From Eledone cirrhosa (Eukaryota), in the NCBI GenBank assembly GCA_964016885.1, contig OZ024742.1, forward strand, positions 260,090,001 through 260,154,000: DNA of 64,000 nucleotides. Direction: 5' to 3'. Below the pieces are notes generated by a model. It was not told the DNA's origin. It was given only the letters and a program-made list of their open reading frames with translations, and searched no databases. Every line of letters begins with the position of its first letter. The first letter of the stretch is position 1. The translations under genes were made by a program, and so were the position numbers. Shown here in pieces: positions 15,244-27,326 of the stretch.

Positions 15244-15485
15244 CAACCAACCATTGAACTACTCAACTACCAACCACAGAATCACCCAACCATCCAAACA
15301 CGCAACAACCCAACCCCACAACCACCCAACCACCTAAACATCCAACCATACATTCAACACCATACATGGCTATAAATAAATTATTCAGAGATCATAGCAA
15401 AGCATGCTTTAAAAAATGTAAACAAAAAGAAAAATATGTTTGAAAATCACATTAAAAAAGCATTAAAAAAAATAAACGTTAACTC

Positions 15486-15720
15486 TTGGAGGATGACAAC
15501 AACACCAATAACAACAGCATCAATAGCAACAACATCAATAACAACAACTGCAACAACAATATCACCACCAATAACTGCAATAACAACACCAATAACAACC
15601 CAAATACAAACAACAGCACCAACAACCACAACAACAAACACCTCCAACAAGTCCACCACCATCAACAACAACGTTATCAACAACAACACCCACAACAACA
15701 ACAACAATATAAAACCAACC
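15486..15720. repeat. (AAC/AAT)-rich low-complexity repeat
   Basis: Degenerate trinucleotide array. Confidence 0.85.
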
Positions 15721-15961
15721 AAAATAAAATGTAGAGAAGTAAAGATAGAAAATATAGAAAGTTGATAAGTTGGGTCACAATTAACTCCTTTTTCAAAAAT
15801 CAATACAACTCCTCATTGATTAGTTCATTTATTGATTTCTTTTGAGTTTGGTTTATTTTCAATATCTATTTTAGTTTAGTTTATTTACTTCGTTTAGTTT
15901 TAATATTTGTAATGTAGTTGTCCCAACTCAAATGACCATAATAATAGTTGATTGCTTTAAA

Positions 15962-16143
15962 TAATTGTTTCTACTTTTGGCATAAGGCCAGCAATTACCT
16001 CAGTGCATTATCGGTGCTTTATTTTATTGACCCCATAAGGATGAAAGGCAAAATTAATCTCAGAGGGATTTGAACTCAACGCAAAGGGCCATAACTCTGT
16101 GCTGCAAACAATGGTGTCTGACGCTCTACCGATACTGCCAATC
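15962..16143 (-). mobile_element. Nin-like SINE copy
   Basis: Reverse complement of the 5524 family; lies head-to-head with the copy at 16261. Confidence 0.75.
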
Positions 16144-16260
16144 ACTATAAATAATAGTAAATAAAAGAACTCCTAGATAGAGACAATAAAATGGTCATTC
16201 TGTCCACTTACTTTCTTCTTTATTTGATTTTCTCAACTTTTAATTATAGTAATCAACTAT

Positions 16261-16443
16261 TTGGCAGTATCGGTAGAGGGTCGGACGCCATGCTTTCCAG
16301 CATAGTTACGTCCCTTTACGATCTAAGTTCAAATCCCGCCGAGGTTGACTTTGCCTTTCATCCTTACGGGGTTGATAAAATAAAGTACCAGTAATGCACT
16401 GGGTAATTGCTGGCTTTGTGCCTAAAGTAGAAACAATTATTAT
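16261..16443 (+). mobile_element. Nin-like SINE copy
   Basis: Near-identical to 5529-5712. Confidence 0.8.
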
Positions 16444-18154
16444 TGTCATTTGTGTTGGGACGATCACATTTAAAATTTTCCCTATGCTTCTTAAATCAAC
16501 CAGTTTATTTTTTAATATATATTTTTAGATGCTGTTGTATCAGGTGTTTGTATGTATGTGTGCATATGTATGTGCTTGCCTGTATATGTGTATGTATTTA
16601 TTGTATATATGTATTGGTGTATGTATTTATGTGTGTGTGTGTGTGTGTAAGAAATACTACCAAATAAATTAAAAGTCTAAATGTTAAATTAAAAGTTAGT
16701 GTGATAAAAATAGAGAGAGGGTTAAAACTTTAACTGTAAACTATAAACTTGATTTTGAAGTTAGAAAAAAATGGAAAGAAAAGTGAAAATAAATTTAAAA
16801 AAAAAATATCCAAAATATTCTCCCAGAATCATGGGATTTTCAACAAATTATTGATTTCAGTCTTTGGATGTATATAAATTTGTGTATTTTTGTTTATTTC
16901 GTGTGTATGCGCGTGCATATTTTTTTACATGGATAAATATGTGTGTGTTTGTGTATTCCTGTTTTAGAAAACTTAAATCTGTGTATATGTGGTGGTGCCA
17001 TAGAAATGCACCTAGTACACCATGTGAGGTGGTTGGCAATAAGAAGGGCACTCTGCAATAGAAAGCATGCCAAAAAGAGTCGAGAGGGCTCTTCAGTTAT
17101 GTCAACGGTATGACAATCTCTCTAGTGTTAGTGATCTACATGATAAACAAACCTAGTACACCCTGTAAAGTGGGTGGTGATAGGAAGGGTATCTACTCAT
17201 TGAGAGCTTGTCAAACAAAGGATTGGGAGGACCCTTCAGATGTGTCAAAGCCATGCCAACCCCCCTAGTGTTGGTGCTAGAATAGAATGCACTTGGTAGA
17301 ACAAGGGACCATATGTAAGTGAGATGCGGGGACCCTGGCCTGTCTATGAGGTCGGTAGCCCCATCTAAGTACTGACTCAGTCAATGAAGACCCTCGCATC
17401 CTTGTTAACTTGGAAATGGATCTTAGATGATGATGATGATTTGATAAACAATGGCTCTGAGAAGATTCTTCAATTGTGTGAGAAACATGACACTCTCCCT
17501 TGTGTTGGTGCTATAAAAATGTACTTAGAGAACTCTGTAGAGGGAGAGTGAAAGAGAGTGTGAGAATATATGTAAGTGAGATGCAGCATTTAGTCTGTGA
17601 TGACTTGTCCAATACTTGTTGTCAGACTGGCATGGAAATCTTGAATGCTGTTGTTACTGAGTTCTAAATGCCACTACTAACCACTGCTGGTTCTGCTACA
17701 ACAACAACAACTACTACTAATACAGCATGTGGCCTAGTAGTTAAACTGTTAACTACTAGTTAAGCTCTTGGGTTTGTTTCCTGGATTAGGCAATGCGTTG
17801 GGTCCTTGATCATGACACTTCATTTCATATTGTTATCCATGATAGGAGTAGCGTCTGTATCATTAAAACCCTGTGTGACGCCAGTTAAATTTACATATAT
17901 GTGAGCCTCTAAATTTCATTTCATTTACCTTCTCGAAAACTTGAGGAAAAACGAAATAAAACCATGTGCAAAACACATCATTAATTATATATACTATCAA
18001 TGGAACTTGAGCAAGGTCTTTTGCTTTTTTTTTTCTTTTGTTTATAAGTGCAGAAACATGTCAGGAATAAATTTTATCTTTGCTATTTGTTGTTATATAT
18101 ATATATACTTAGCCTCTGCTAAAAAACATTTCTCTATTTTATTCTATCTTTCAG

Positions 18155-18424
18155 TTCCACCTCGTATTGTGGAATGTTCACCAAAATCTTTACACCATCG
18201 ACAGGGAGAGTCAGTGGAACTGTTTTGCAATGCATCAGGATCACCAGAACCAGCTCTCATATGGAACAAAGACGGTAAACCTCTACAGGCTTCATCTCGA
18301 GTCCAGATTGATGGTTATAAGGTGATCATTAAAAATGTGCAGCGTAGTGATGCTGGAGTTTATATGGGAACATTTACAAACAGTGTAGGATCAGTGTCAC
18401 AGTTAATTAACTTAGTTGTTGAGG
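18155..18424 (+). CDS. tutl: Internal exon of a Turtle/IGSF9-like Ig-superfamily adhesion gene (probably Ig2)
   Basis: Polypyrimidine tract plus ttcag acceptor ending 18154, donor G|gtaagt at 18425, 270 nt, phase 1-1. Encodes VPPRIVECSPK...LFCNASGSPEPALIWNKDG...DAGVYMGTFTNSVGSVSQLINLVVE, an I-set Ig pattern. Confidence 0.85.
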
Positions 18425-19855
18425 GTAAGTTGTACAGTTTTACATATTTTGTTTTTTTTTCAGTTGGTATTTTTCTTAACTCTGGTCAGTTAAGTTGCAT
18501 TACTTAGTTGTTAGGGTTTGGGATTCACAATCAGAAGATTGCGGAGTTGACCAGTTAATACATTGTATTCTTGAGCAAAATACTTTATTTTCATACTACT
18601 CCTGCCAAGCATTGCCACAGACAGATAGTAACAGCAATGTAAACACCAATGGTATCATTGTTTCCTTGGTCTGATCTGATGATCAGCTGCTTTCCTACTT
18701 TAATCAGCTCAGATTGTGCAATCTTATGCAACTAGAATTAGAACATCAGATAAAATACTTTGTTATTTCTGAGGTCCTTAGATCCTTGGTTTGAGCAGGG
18801 CTGTATTTATATAGCTGACTAGGCTGAAGCTTCAGCTGCATCACAGAGACTATGCACTGTTACCTGTCTGTGCCCTAGGGCTCCAATGTTTAACGGTAGT
18901 GTAATTTTTGTATTTGATATCAATCAAAAGAGGGCCATTTTATACGTAAGAAAAAAATAAATACCCATTAGTATGTATATATTATATTTATAACAAATTA
19001 CTTGGAAATTTAAAAGTATCTCAGGGACCCTCAGTTCTCTCTTTGCAGACCCTTGGCTGGGAACTGCTGTTCTGGTGAAGCATGTAGTAGCCCTGTATAT
19101 ATAGCTATAATAGTATCAGTAATGGAAAATATATCTCCCTTTTGTCTTCTTGAATTGTACCCTGGTGACTCAGCTTAAATAAGAATTATTCCTTTTATGA
19201 AGATATATGGCTTAGTGGTTACAGTGGTTGGTTCATGATTGTGAATTTGACTCCTGGACTGGGTGGTATGTTGTGTCCTTGCCCCAGTCCATTCAGCTGG
19301 CAAAAGTGAGTTGTAATTCAAGACGCCAGATTTGTCATACATTGTTACACTAAATCTCCCTGAGTGTGAGAATATATGTGAGATGCAGCACTTGCTGTCA
19401 GACTGGCATGGAAATGTTGAATGCTGTTGTTACTGCATTCTAAATGCTGCTACTAACCACTGCTAGTACTGCTACAACAACAACTACTATTAATACAGCA
19501 TTAAAAATATATGTATTTGTCGAATGTTTAGCCACTTGTATGTAAATTTCACAAGTATGCAATTCTGGATACTTGTTGGAACACTCATCAAAACCAACAG
19601 AAATTGAACACACACACACATAGATGCATGCGTTCATACACACACACACACACACATATATATATATTCACACAGATATATACACACATTGTTTTATATC
19701 AACTTTTATGTCTCTTTTTATCTTTCTTTGCTGAACTTTTCAAAATTAAACTAAAATTTTGTCTCTCTTTCTTTCTTCTTCCTTCCCTACTTTTTCTGAT
19801 TTTTTTTTTTTTTTTTTTTCTATGTGTGTCTGTGACTTTGTGACTCTGTTTTCAG

Positions 19856-20143
19856 GTGCGGCTTACATTTTAATCCCACCTGAAAATATGACTGCTATTG
19901 AGGGACAACGAATCAAATTTCAGTGTGGTGCTATGGCATATCCTAACAATATTACCTATAACTGGTTCAAAGACTCTGAAAACATCAAATTTCTACCAGA
20001 TTATGGCAAACGTGTAAATGCTTTCAAAGACGGAAGTCTAGTTATTACTTCAGTTGTAAAAAATGACATGGGTTGGTATACCTGTCATCCTACAAACGGA
20101 ATTGGAGAAGATCCAAAAGCATCGGCTTACCTGAACGTCACAT
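19856..20143 (+). CDS. tutl: Internal exon of a Turtle/IGSF9-like gene (probably Ig3)
   Basis: ttttcag acceptor, T|gtgagt donor, 288 nt, phase 1-1. GAAYILIPPENMTAIEGQRIKFQCGAMAYPNNITYNWFKD...DGSLVI...DMGWYTCHPTNGIGEDPKASAYLNVT closely resembles Turtle Ig3 as I recall it (PPxNxT, NGIG, SAYL motifs). Confidence 0.9.
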
Positions 20144-20371
20144 GTGAGTTTTCTTCTTAAATTTAATGTTTTATCTTTTATAAATGACTCTGGGGTTTTT
20201 ATTTTGTCTTTTTTTTTTCATTTATTAAGCAATATACTTTGCATTATCAGTAAAAATTCATCATTATTTGGTTTGTGTGTGTTATATATATATATAATAC
20301 ATATGTATATAATATATGTATAAGTATGTGTATATATATATATATATGTATATATGTATATATCTGTATAC

Positions 20372-20403
<32 letters not shown>

Positions 20404-20480
20404 ATATACATGCATATGTATATATGCAGATGTATATATGCATATATGTATATATGCATATCTTTATATATATGCATATA

Positions 20481-20577
<97 letters not shown>

Positions 20578-20817
20578 GCACACATATATATATACATACA
20601 TATTGATATATTGATTTTGTTTACAACATTATTACGATCACCAAGGCAGTTGATTAGCAGAATCAGAGTGTCAGAGTAAATGTCTCATATCTCTTCTGAC
20701 TCTTTTTGTTTTGAGTTCAAATCCTACTGAAGTCAACTTTGCCTTTCATCCTTCCAGGGGTCAATAAAATAAAGTACCAGTCAAGAAGTGCAGTCAATTT
20801 AATTGATTTTCTTCTCC

Positions 20818-20872
<55 letters not shown>

Positions 20873-20899
20873 TGTAAAGGCAACTGAGGCAGTGTAAAA

Positions 20900-20947
<48 letters not shown>

Positions 20948-22219
20948 TTATATGTAATATAGAGGTAACTGAGACAGTGTAAAAGTGTATACATATATAT
21001 ACACTGTAGAGGTAATCAAGACTGTGTAATCATCTCAGCTTTACATATTCCCGTGTAAACTGAAAAATGGTAAATATCTTGAATCAATTTTGAAACCTTT
21101 TTGAGTTGTCATTCTGTATATATATATATATATGTATATATAGATATACTTTGGCGGCTCAATATGCAGCTTAATATATATCTTAATTAACTACCAACAC
21201 GAACACTAACAATATGCAAATTAGTATGTCCAATTAAATGATACTATTATAAGTGACAAAGTTATATAAGCCCCTCCCAGTTATGTATTACTTTGTGTTT
21301 TTTGTTTTGGATATATATATATAGAATAAGAAAATGTGAAGTAGTTGTAGATCTTAAAGTCCTTTATTGATAAGGCTGTGATATATATTTCAATGATGAC
21401 AGTGGCCATGTGATTTCACGGAACCTCTGTAGAGGGATATATATATATATTTATTAAAATAACAGATTAAAGTTTAAGCAAAGAATCGCTGCTTTCACCC
21501 TTAATGGATTTAATTGTATTTTAGTCTTCACATTTATTATTATTACTATATATATATATATTCTGATGAGAACCCCCAAATGTTCAAAAATTGGTTCGAG
21601 GTATTTGTCATTTTGTCAATTTCCAGAAAAATATGTAAATTTGATGTGTTTACATGTCTAGATACTCAATTTTTAAATTGATAGACACATTCATGTAGTT
21701 TCAGTTACCTCTATACTGTATATATACTGATATACATACTGATATCAATTTATATACTTTGTCTGCTTCATCCTCATCTTAATGATTATACATGTATTAA
21801 TTAATTATATTAATTTACAACATTATTATTAACATCACTATTATCAAATACTTTTACAAATAAAACTAATTTTATTGGGCAAGCTTAATTGGTTGAAATG
21901 TATAAATTATTAAATCCCCTCTTCACACTCTACTAATGAAGGGTTGTACTGTAGATGTTTTATTTTTAATGTTTGCTAGCAAGCCAATTAAAATCAACTC
22001 TTTACCCCTTTTGTAGTTATATATCTAATGAAATACATTCTATTTCATTACTAAGATAGTAACTTAACATATGGTTCTTTTATAAAATTATGTTGGAATA
22101 TTTTAATTTATATAGGAACCCTTTAAAATGGGTGATTTTGTTTCATAGAACCAGAACTGGTTTTGGTCAGGTTGATATCAAAAGTGTCAAGCCTATTTAC
22201 CTAAAGCTTCTTATATAAT

Positions 22220-22263
<44 letters not shown>

Positions 22264-22784
22264 AAAACATTGTTAGAGTCTCAAAGAAATGTTTTGTGAC
22301 ATTTATTACAAGTCCTCAAATCCCACCGAGTTCAACTTCATCTTTCACTCTTCTGGTGTCAGTAAAGTAACATTGTGCTTAAATCAGAACAGGCACTGCT
22401 ATCCAGTTTTTTAGAACTCCAGGGATATTTTACCTGATTTTCTCAACTATCATTTGTTATTATCGTCATTTACATTGGGAAAACTGCAATTCAAATTATT
22501 ATTATTGTATGGACAGTGGATTGGTAGAAGCATTACACCATCGAATAAATACTTTAAGGTATTTAGTTACAGTTCTCTATGTTCTAAGTTCAAATCCTGC
22601 CAAGATCAACTTTGCCTTTCATCTTTCCAGAATCAATAAAATAAAGTACCAGTCAAGTTCTGGGGTTGATATAATCTACTTTCACCTCTCCACAAAATGC
22701 TGGCCTTGTGCTTAAATTAGAAACCAAATATAAATAAAAAAGGAATAAAGAAATTACCATTATTATTATTATTATTATTATTGA

Positions 22785-22965
22785 GGGTGGTGGATTGGTA
22801 GAGTCGAACGCCATGCTTTGCAGCATAGAGTTACGACCCTTTATGATCTGAGTTCAAATCCCGCCGAGGTTAACTTTGCCTTTCATCTTTACAGGGTCGA
22901 TAAAATAAAGTACCAGTAACGCACTGGGTCGATTTAATCCCCCAAAATTGCTGGCCTTGTGCCTA
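22785..22965 (+). mobile_element. Nin-like SINE copy within a cluster of same-orientation copies (22280-23350)
   Basis: Same B-box and gcctttcatc...aaagtaccag core. Confidence 0.75.
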
Positions 22966-23514
22966 TGTCTTTTTTCTTTTTCTTTTCTTATATAAATAAT
23001 AAAAATCTTTACACGCACTAAACCCACATTGTACCGTCCTGTGCCATTTGTAATATTTTTCTTGATATCAGCCCTTGTGGCCAATAAAGAAATCATTATT
23101 ATTATTATTATTTAGCAGAATCATTACAGCATCCAATAAAATACTTCACAGTATTCAAATACATCTTTATAGACTCTGAGTTCAAATTCAGCAGAGGTCA
23201 TCTTAGCCGTTCACTCTTCCAAGGTCAATAAAATAAAGTACCAATCAAGTACTGCAGTTGATGTATTCAACTTTTATTTCCCCATCCCTACTCAAATTGT
23301 GCCTATATTAGGCACTGGCCATGTGCCTGATTTTGAAACCATTATTATTATTAATATTATTATTATTATCATTATTGTAGACACTATGTTTTCATTGTTG
23401 TTATTATTTGTAATATCGTTTTTTATATCTCTATTATTCTTGATTCATTTTCAAAATTAAATATTTTTTTTACTCTTTACCTTAAACTTTTCCCTGTTGT
23501 TTTTTTTTGTTGTT

Positions 23515-24165
23515 ACATAAGACCAATCTAAGTATTACAGGTAGACATATGACCTATCTAGGTATTACAGGTAGACATGACTTATCTAGATATTACAGGT
23601 AGATATATGACCTATCTTGGTATTACAGGTAGACAGGTAGTCATAAGACTAATCTAGGTTCTACAAGTAGACAGGTAGACATAAGACCAATCTAGATATT
23701 ACTGGTAGACAGGTAGACATAGGACCAATCCACGGATTACAGGTAGACATAAGATCAATCTATGTATTAGAGGTAGACAGGTAGACATAAGACCTATCTA
23801 GATATTACAGGTAGAAAGAGGACCAATTTAGGGATTACAGGTAGACATAAGACCATTACATATTACAGATAGACAGGTAGACATAGGACCAATCCAGGGA
23901 TTACAGGTAGACATAAGACCAATCTATGTATTACAGGTAGACAATCTAGGGATTACAAGTAGATATTAGACCAATCCAAGTAATCATAAGATCAATCTAG
24001 GTATTACAGGTAGACGTAAGATGAATCTAGGTATTACAGGTAGACAGGTAGTCATAGGACCAATCTAGGTATTACGGGTAGACATAAGATCAATCTAGGT
24101 CTTACAGCTAGACAGGTATGCATCTATCTAGATATTACAGATAGTAATAACACCAATCTAGATAT
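23515..24165. repeat. Minisatellite, about 30/38-bp unit (ataagaccaatctaggtattacaggtagac[aggtagac])
   Basis: Roughly 20 diverged tandem units. Confidence 0.9.
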
Positions 24166-24452
24166 CACAGATATTACAAACACAGGTTTGTTCAGTTGTG
24201 TCAAAAGCATATGCCATGATATATTGTTGCTTACAGTTTCTAATGTAAACAAGATGCAGCCCCTGGCTTGTCTCAGAGATCAGTTGCTCTGATTATGTAT
24301 TCACCTGGTCTGTGACAACCTATTCAACTCTTGCTAGCAAAGAAAATAAATGTTAAATGTTGATGATGATGATATATAAATATATATATATCATCATCAA
24401 CAGAATTAGCCGTCGAAACGGCTTGAGCTCAGCCGTCGGGGTCCTACTCGTT

Positions 24453-24501
<49 letters not shown>

Positions 24502-24687
24502 CAGTCCTATGCGAGCAAGACAATCACTCTTGCCTCAAGTGGGACTACCCCCGTCCAAAACCATGCAAGCGTGGAACACGGACGTTAAACGTTGATGATG
24601 ATGATGATGATATATACACAGTTCAAGAGTAACCAATCTTAAAGAGAGAGATTGAGATAGTAGAGGAGATATGAGAGGAACTCCTAT

Positions 24688-25848
24688 ATGATCTCAATGC
24701 TATCAGCAAATGAAGAGATATTTATAAACCACGCACAATATTATAATAAGGCTCTCTCTGAATCTGGTTATAAACAATCAATTTATTACATACCTAAATG
24801 CCATAACACAGCAACTCACCATAATAAACTTAACACTAGAACTAGGAATACCTTAGCATATAGCCAGATTCGCCGGAATTTTAGCAGTAACAGCACCTAT
24901 ACAGGGAACTTTAATGGTGGCAGCGGCCTGCTCCCCACTCCAAGTAGCAAACTAAGAATCAACCCTAGAATAGGAATGAGAAATGGGATGACTAATAATA
25001 ACCCTAGGAAGGCCCCTACCAACTCCACTAGAACCCCTAGAAGGAATAGGCCTAGAAATATCACCTGGCTTAACCCACCATTCTCATCTAATCTAGCCAC
25101 TAATATCCCCAATCGCTTCTTCTCTATCCTATCCAAACACTTCCCCCCTAACCATAGATATTACAAACTCTTTAATAAAAACAACATTAAAATCTCATTC
25201 TCCACTACACCTAACCTAGCTAGCAACATCGCGTTCAGTAACCATCATAAGCTAAGACACTATAACTCCCACACCGCGGTACCACCACCCCTATCAAATA
25301 CACCACGCCACTACACTAATAATTACTCTAGTAGCACACCTCCCCCATCTAATCTTTCTAGCACGGACCAACTGCTTAGGTTAAATAACCCTACTCTCAC
25401 TAACCGCAGAAGCAACTGCAACTGCCGGTACCCCAATGCATGCCCATTAAATGGACACTGCCTGACACCCAACATAGTCTATAGGTGCACAGTTGAGACT
25501 GCTTCGAATACCAGCTCTTATATCGGGTCTACCTCTAACCCTTTTAAGGTACGCTATAACGCACACTCTTTTTCCTTCCGAGACCCTAGCAACAGATGTT
25601 CTACATCGCTAGCTAAGCTCATTAAAAACCTTAAATTAAACAAAGTTCAACACTCACTAAAATGGGATATCGTAGCTAGGGCCCAACCGTTCAATGGACG
25701 AAGGAAATATTGTGATCTCTGTGTTACGGAAGCATATTACATAACTCTATCAAGACCTCTACCAATTAACGATAGAACGGAGGTAACCATTAGCTGTCAA
25801 CATCGAAGGGCTAATTCCTTCGCCAATAGAGTTTTTGACCCAACTTAG
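24688..25848 (+). CDS. 3' half of a Penelope-like element ORF: RT C-terminal end, linker and GIY-YIG endonuclease
   Basis: LSANEEIF...Y..AL..SGY, RNITWLNPPFS, then CNCRYPNACPLNGHCL, NIVYRC...YIGST...FKVRYNAH, CDLC, NDRTE...CQH. No RT core is present (5'-truncated). Confidence 0.85.
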   Translation: MISMLSANEEIFINHAQYYNKALSESGYKQSIYYIPKCHNTATHHNKLNTRTRNTLAYSQIRRNFSSNSTYTGNFNGGSGLLPTPSSKLRINPRIGMRNGMTNNNPRKAPTNSTRTPRRNRPRNITWLNPPFSSNLATNIPNRFFSILSKHFPPNHRYYKLFNKNNIKISFSTTPNLASNIAFSNHHKLRHYNSHTAVPPPLSNTPRHYTNNYSSSTPPPSNLSSTDQLLRLNNPTLTNRRSNCNCRYPNACPLNGHCLTPNIVYRCTVETASNTSSYIGSTSNPFKVRYNAHSFSFRDPSNRCSTSLAKLIKNLKLNKVQHSLKWDIVARAQPFNGRRKYCDLCVTEAYYITLSRPLPINDRTEVTISCQHRRANSFANRVFDPT

Positions 25849-26463
25849 TCATGTAGCCCCATCTCTAATTGTAGCTAATAAGTTAAATTGCTATGAACAA
25901 ATCGATAATTATAAATTACCTCCCCTACATTGTCTCTCAATTAAATAATTTAAATACTAGCACATAACTATAAAATACACGCAATCTCTAATCTCTTGAG
26001 AAGTTACTTCCCCTGAAACCACCCTCTAATTAGTAAGGTAAATATGCCCTTTGGCAGCCATCTTGTTACCCATAGGCAGATCTCACACAATGCAGCCTCG
26101 ACAGATGAGTACTGCTTGATTATGGCTGACAGCTGATGAAACAAAGGCACCATAGTAAAAACTAATATATGGAACATTATATTATGTAACACTATTTTAA
26201 TTTATATTCCTTTGAGTTCCGATGAGCCACTCTGTTTTTTTAAATATGTTAATTATTTTCAACTGAACCAGATCAATTATGATACATAGTCATCTGATCC
26301 AGAAATATTATACGGAGTAGCGAAACAATTGTAAACGGGCATTATTATTATTAATATTATTATTATTATTATTCTCTACATTCCTTACATCAAACTAAAT
26401 ATGTTGACAATCTTTTAATAATGTCTTCCTTGTGAGATTTGTGGTCTTGTTTTGCTTAACTAA

Positions 26464-26465
<2 letters not shown>
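24690..26465 (+). mobile_element. 5'-truncated Penelope-like retroelement with 3' terminal repeat region
   Basis: GIY-YIG ORF followed by about 600 nt of AT-rich tail containing a hammerhead motif, ending at a (TA)n array. Confidence 0.75.
26216..26336 (+). ncRNA. Type I hammerhead ribozyme motif of the PLE (extended stem II)
   Basis: gtt-CCGATGA-gccactctg...cggagtagc-GAAA-caattg-TA-aac. Palindromic stem III; U4C variant core. Confidence 0.6.
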
Positions 26466-26497
<32 letters not shown>

Positions 26498-26553
26498 GTA
26501 TGAATGTTAAATGTTGATGATAATGATATATATATATATATAATTATCATTAT

Positions 26554-26890
26554 GGAGGCACATGGCTTAGTGGTTCGAACATTGGCCTTGCAATCGAAAG
26601 GTTGTGAGTTCAATTCTCAGACCGGGTGATGTGTTGTTTCCTTGAGCAAGACACTTTATTTCACATTGCTCCAGTTTACTCAGCTGTAGAAATGAGATGA
26701 TAGGGACTTGGGCCCCTATCATTCCACTGCAAAGCAGTCGTGGAGGTGCCACGTCAAAAAAAGCACCCAGCACTCACTGTAAATGAGGTTGGTGTTAGGA
26801 AGGGCATCCAGCTGTAGAAATCAAGCCAGAATCAGTTCTCGTCCTACCCTTGCAAGCAGGGAAAAAGCGGATGTAAAATGAAATGAAATG
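26554..26890 (+). mobile_element. tRNA-head SINE with RTE-derived 3' tail
   Basis: A/B boxes (tggcttagtgg; gagttcaattc), ccttgagcaagacact core, then sequence matching the 3'UTR of the RTE at 9486-11592. Confidence 0.8.
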
Positions 26891-27085
26891 AATATATTAT
26901 ATATGAATGTTAAATGTTGATGATAATGATATATATATATATATATAGTAATCCAAAGAGGGCTCGATAAGGATAAATATTTATCAAATATATAAGAACC
27001 GTAGAGCAAATATTTATGAATTTCAGAAGATCCCATTAAGGGTGAAAGCATCGATTCTTTGCTTAAACTTTAATCTGTTATTTTA

Positions 27086-27130
<45 letters not shown>

Positions 27131-27326
27131 TGTTAAATGTTGATGATAATGATATATATATATAATGATATGTATATATTATATATGAATGTTAAATGTT
27201 GATGATAATGATATATATATATATACAGTATATATATGAATGTTAAATGTTGATGATGATATATATATATATATATATATATATGATGATGATGATGATG
27301 CACACACATGTTATGTTATATATATA

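Noticed and set aside
15436-15803. Thr-rich mucin-like ORF
   Set aside because: An AAC repeat open in several frames on both strands.
1-18154. Expected upstream exons (signal peptide, Ig1) of the Turtle-like gene
   Set aside because: None recognisable; they probably lie outside the window or are too short to see, and a gap intervenes at 12006.
21563-21612. CTGATGA-gaacc...ggttc-GAGG hammerhead-like motif
   Set aside because: GAAA replaced by GAGG and no stem I; counted only as a decayed candidate.
23515-24165. CRISPR-like periodicity
   Set aside because: No unique spacers, eukaryotic context; an ordinary minisatellite.
27018-27057. cagaaga-tccc...gggt-gaaa-gcatc motif
   Set aside because: Core U4 is missing and the stem register is ambiguous.
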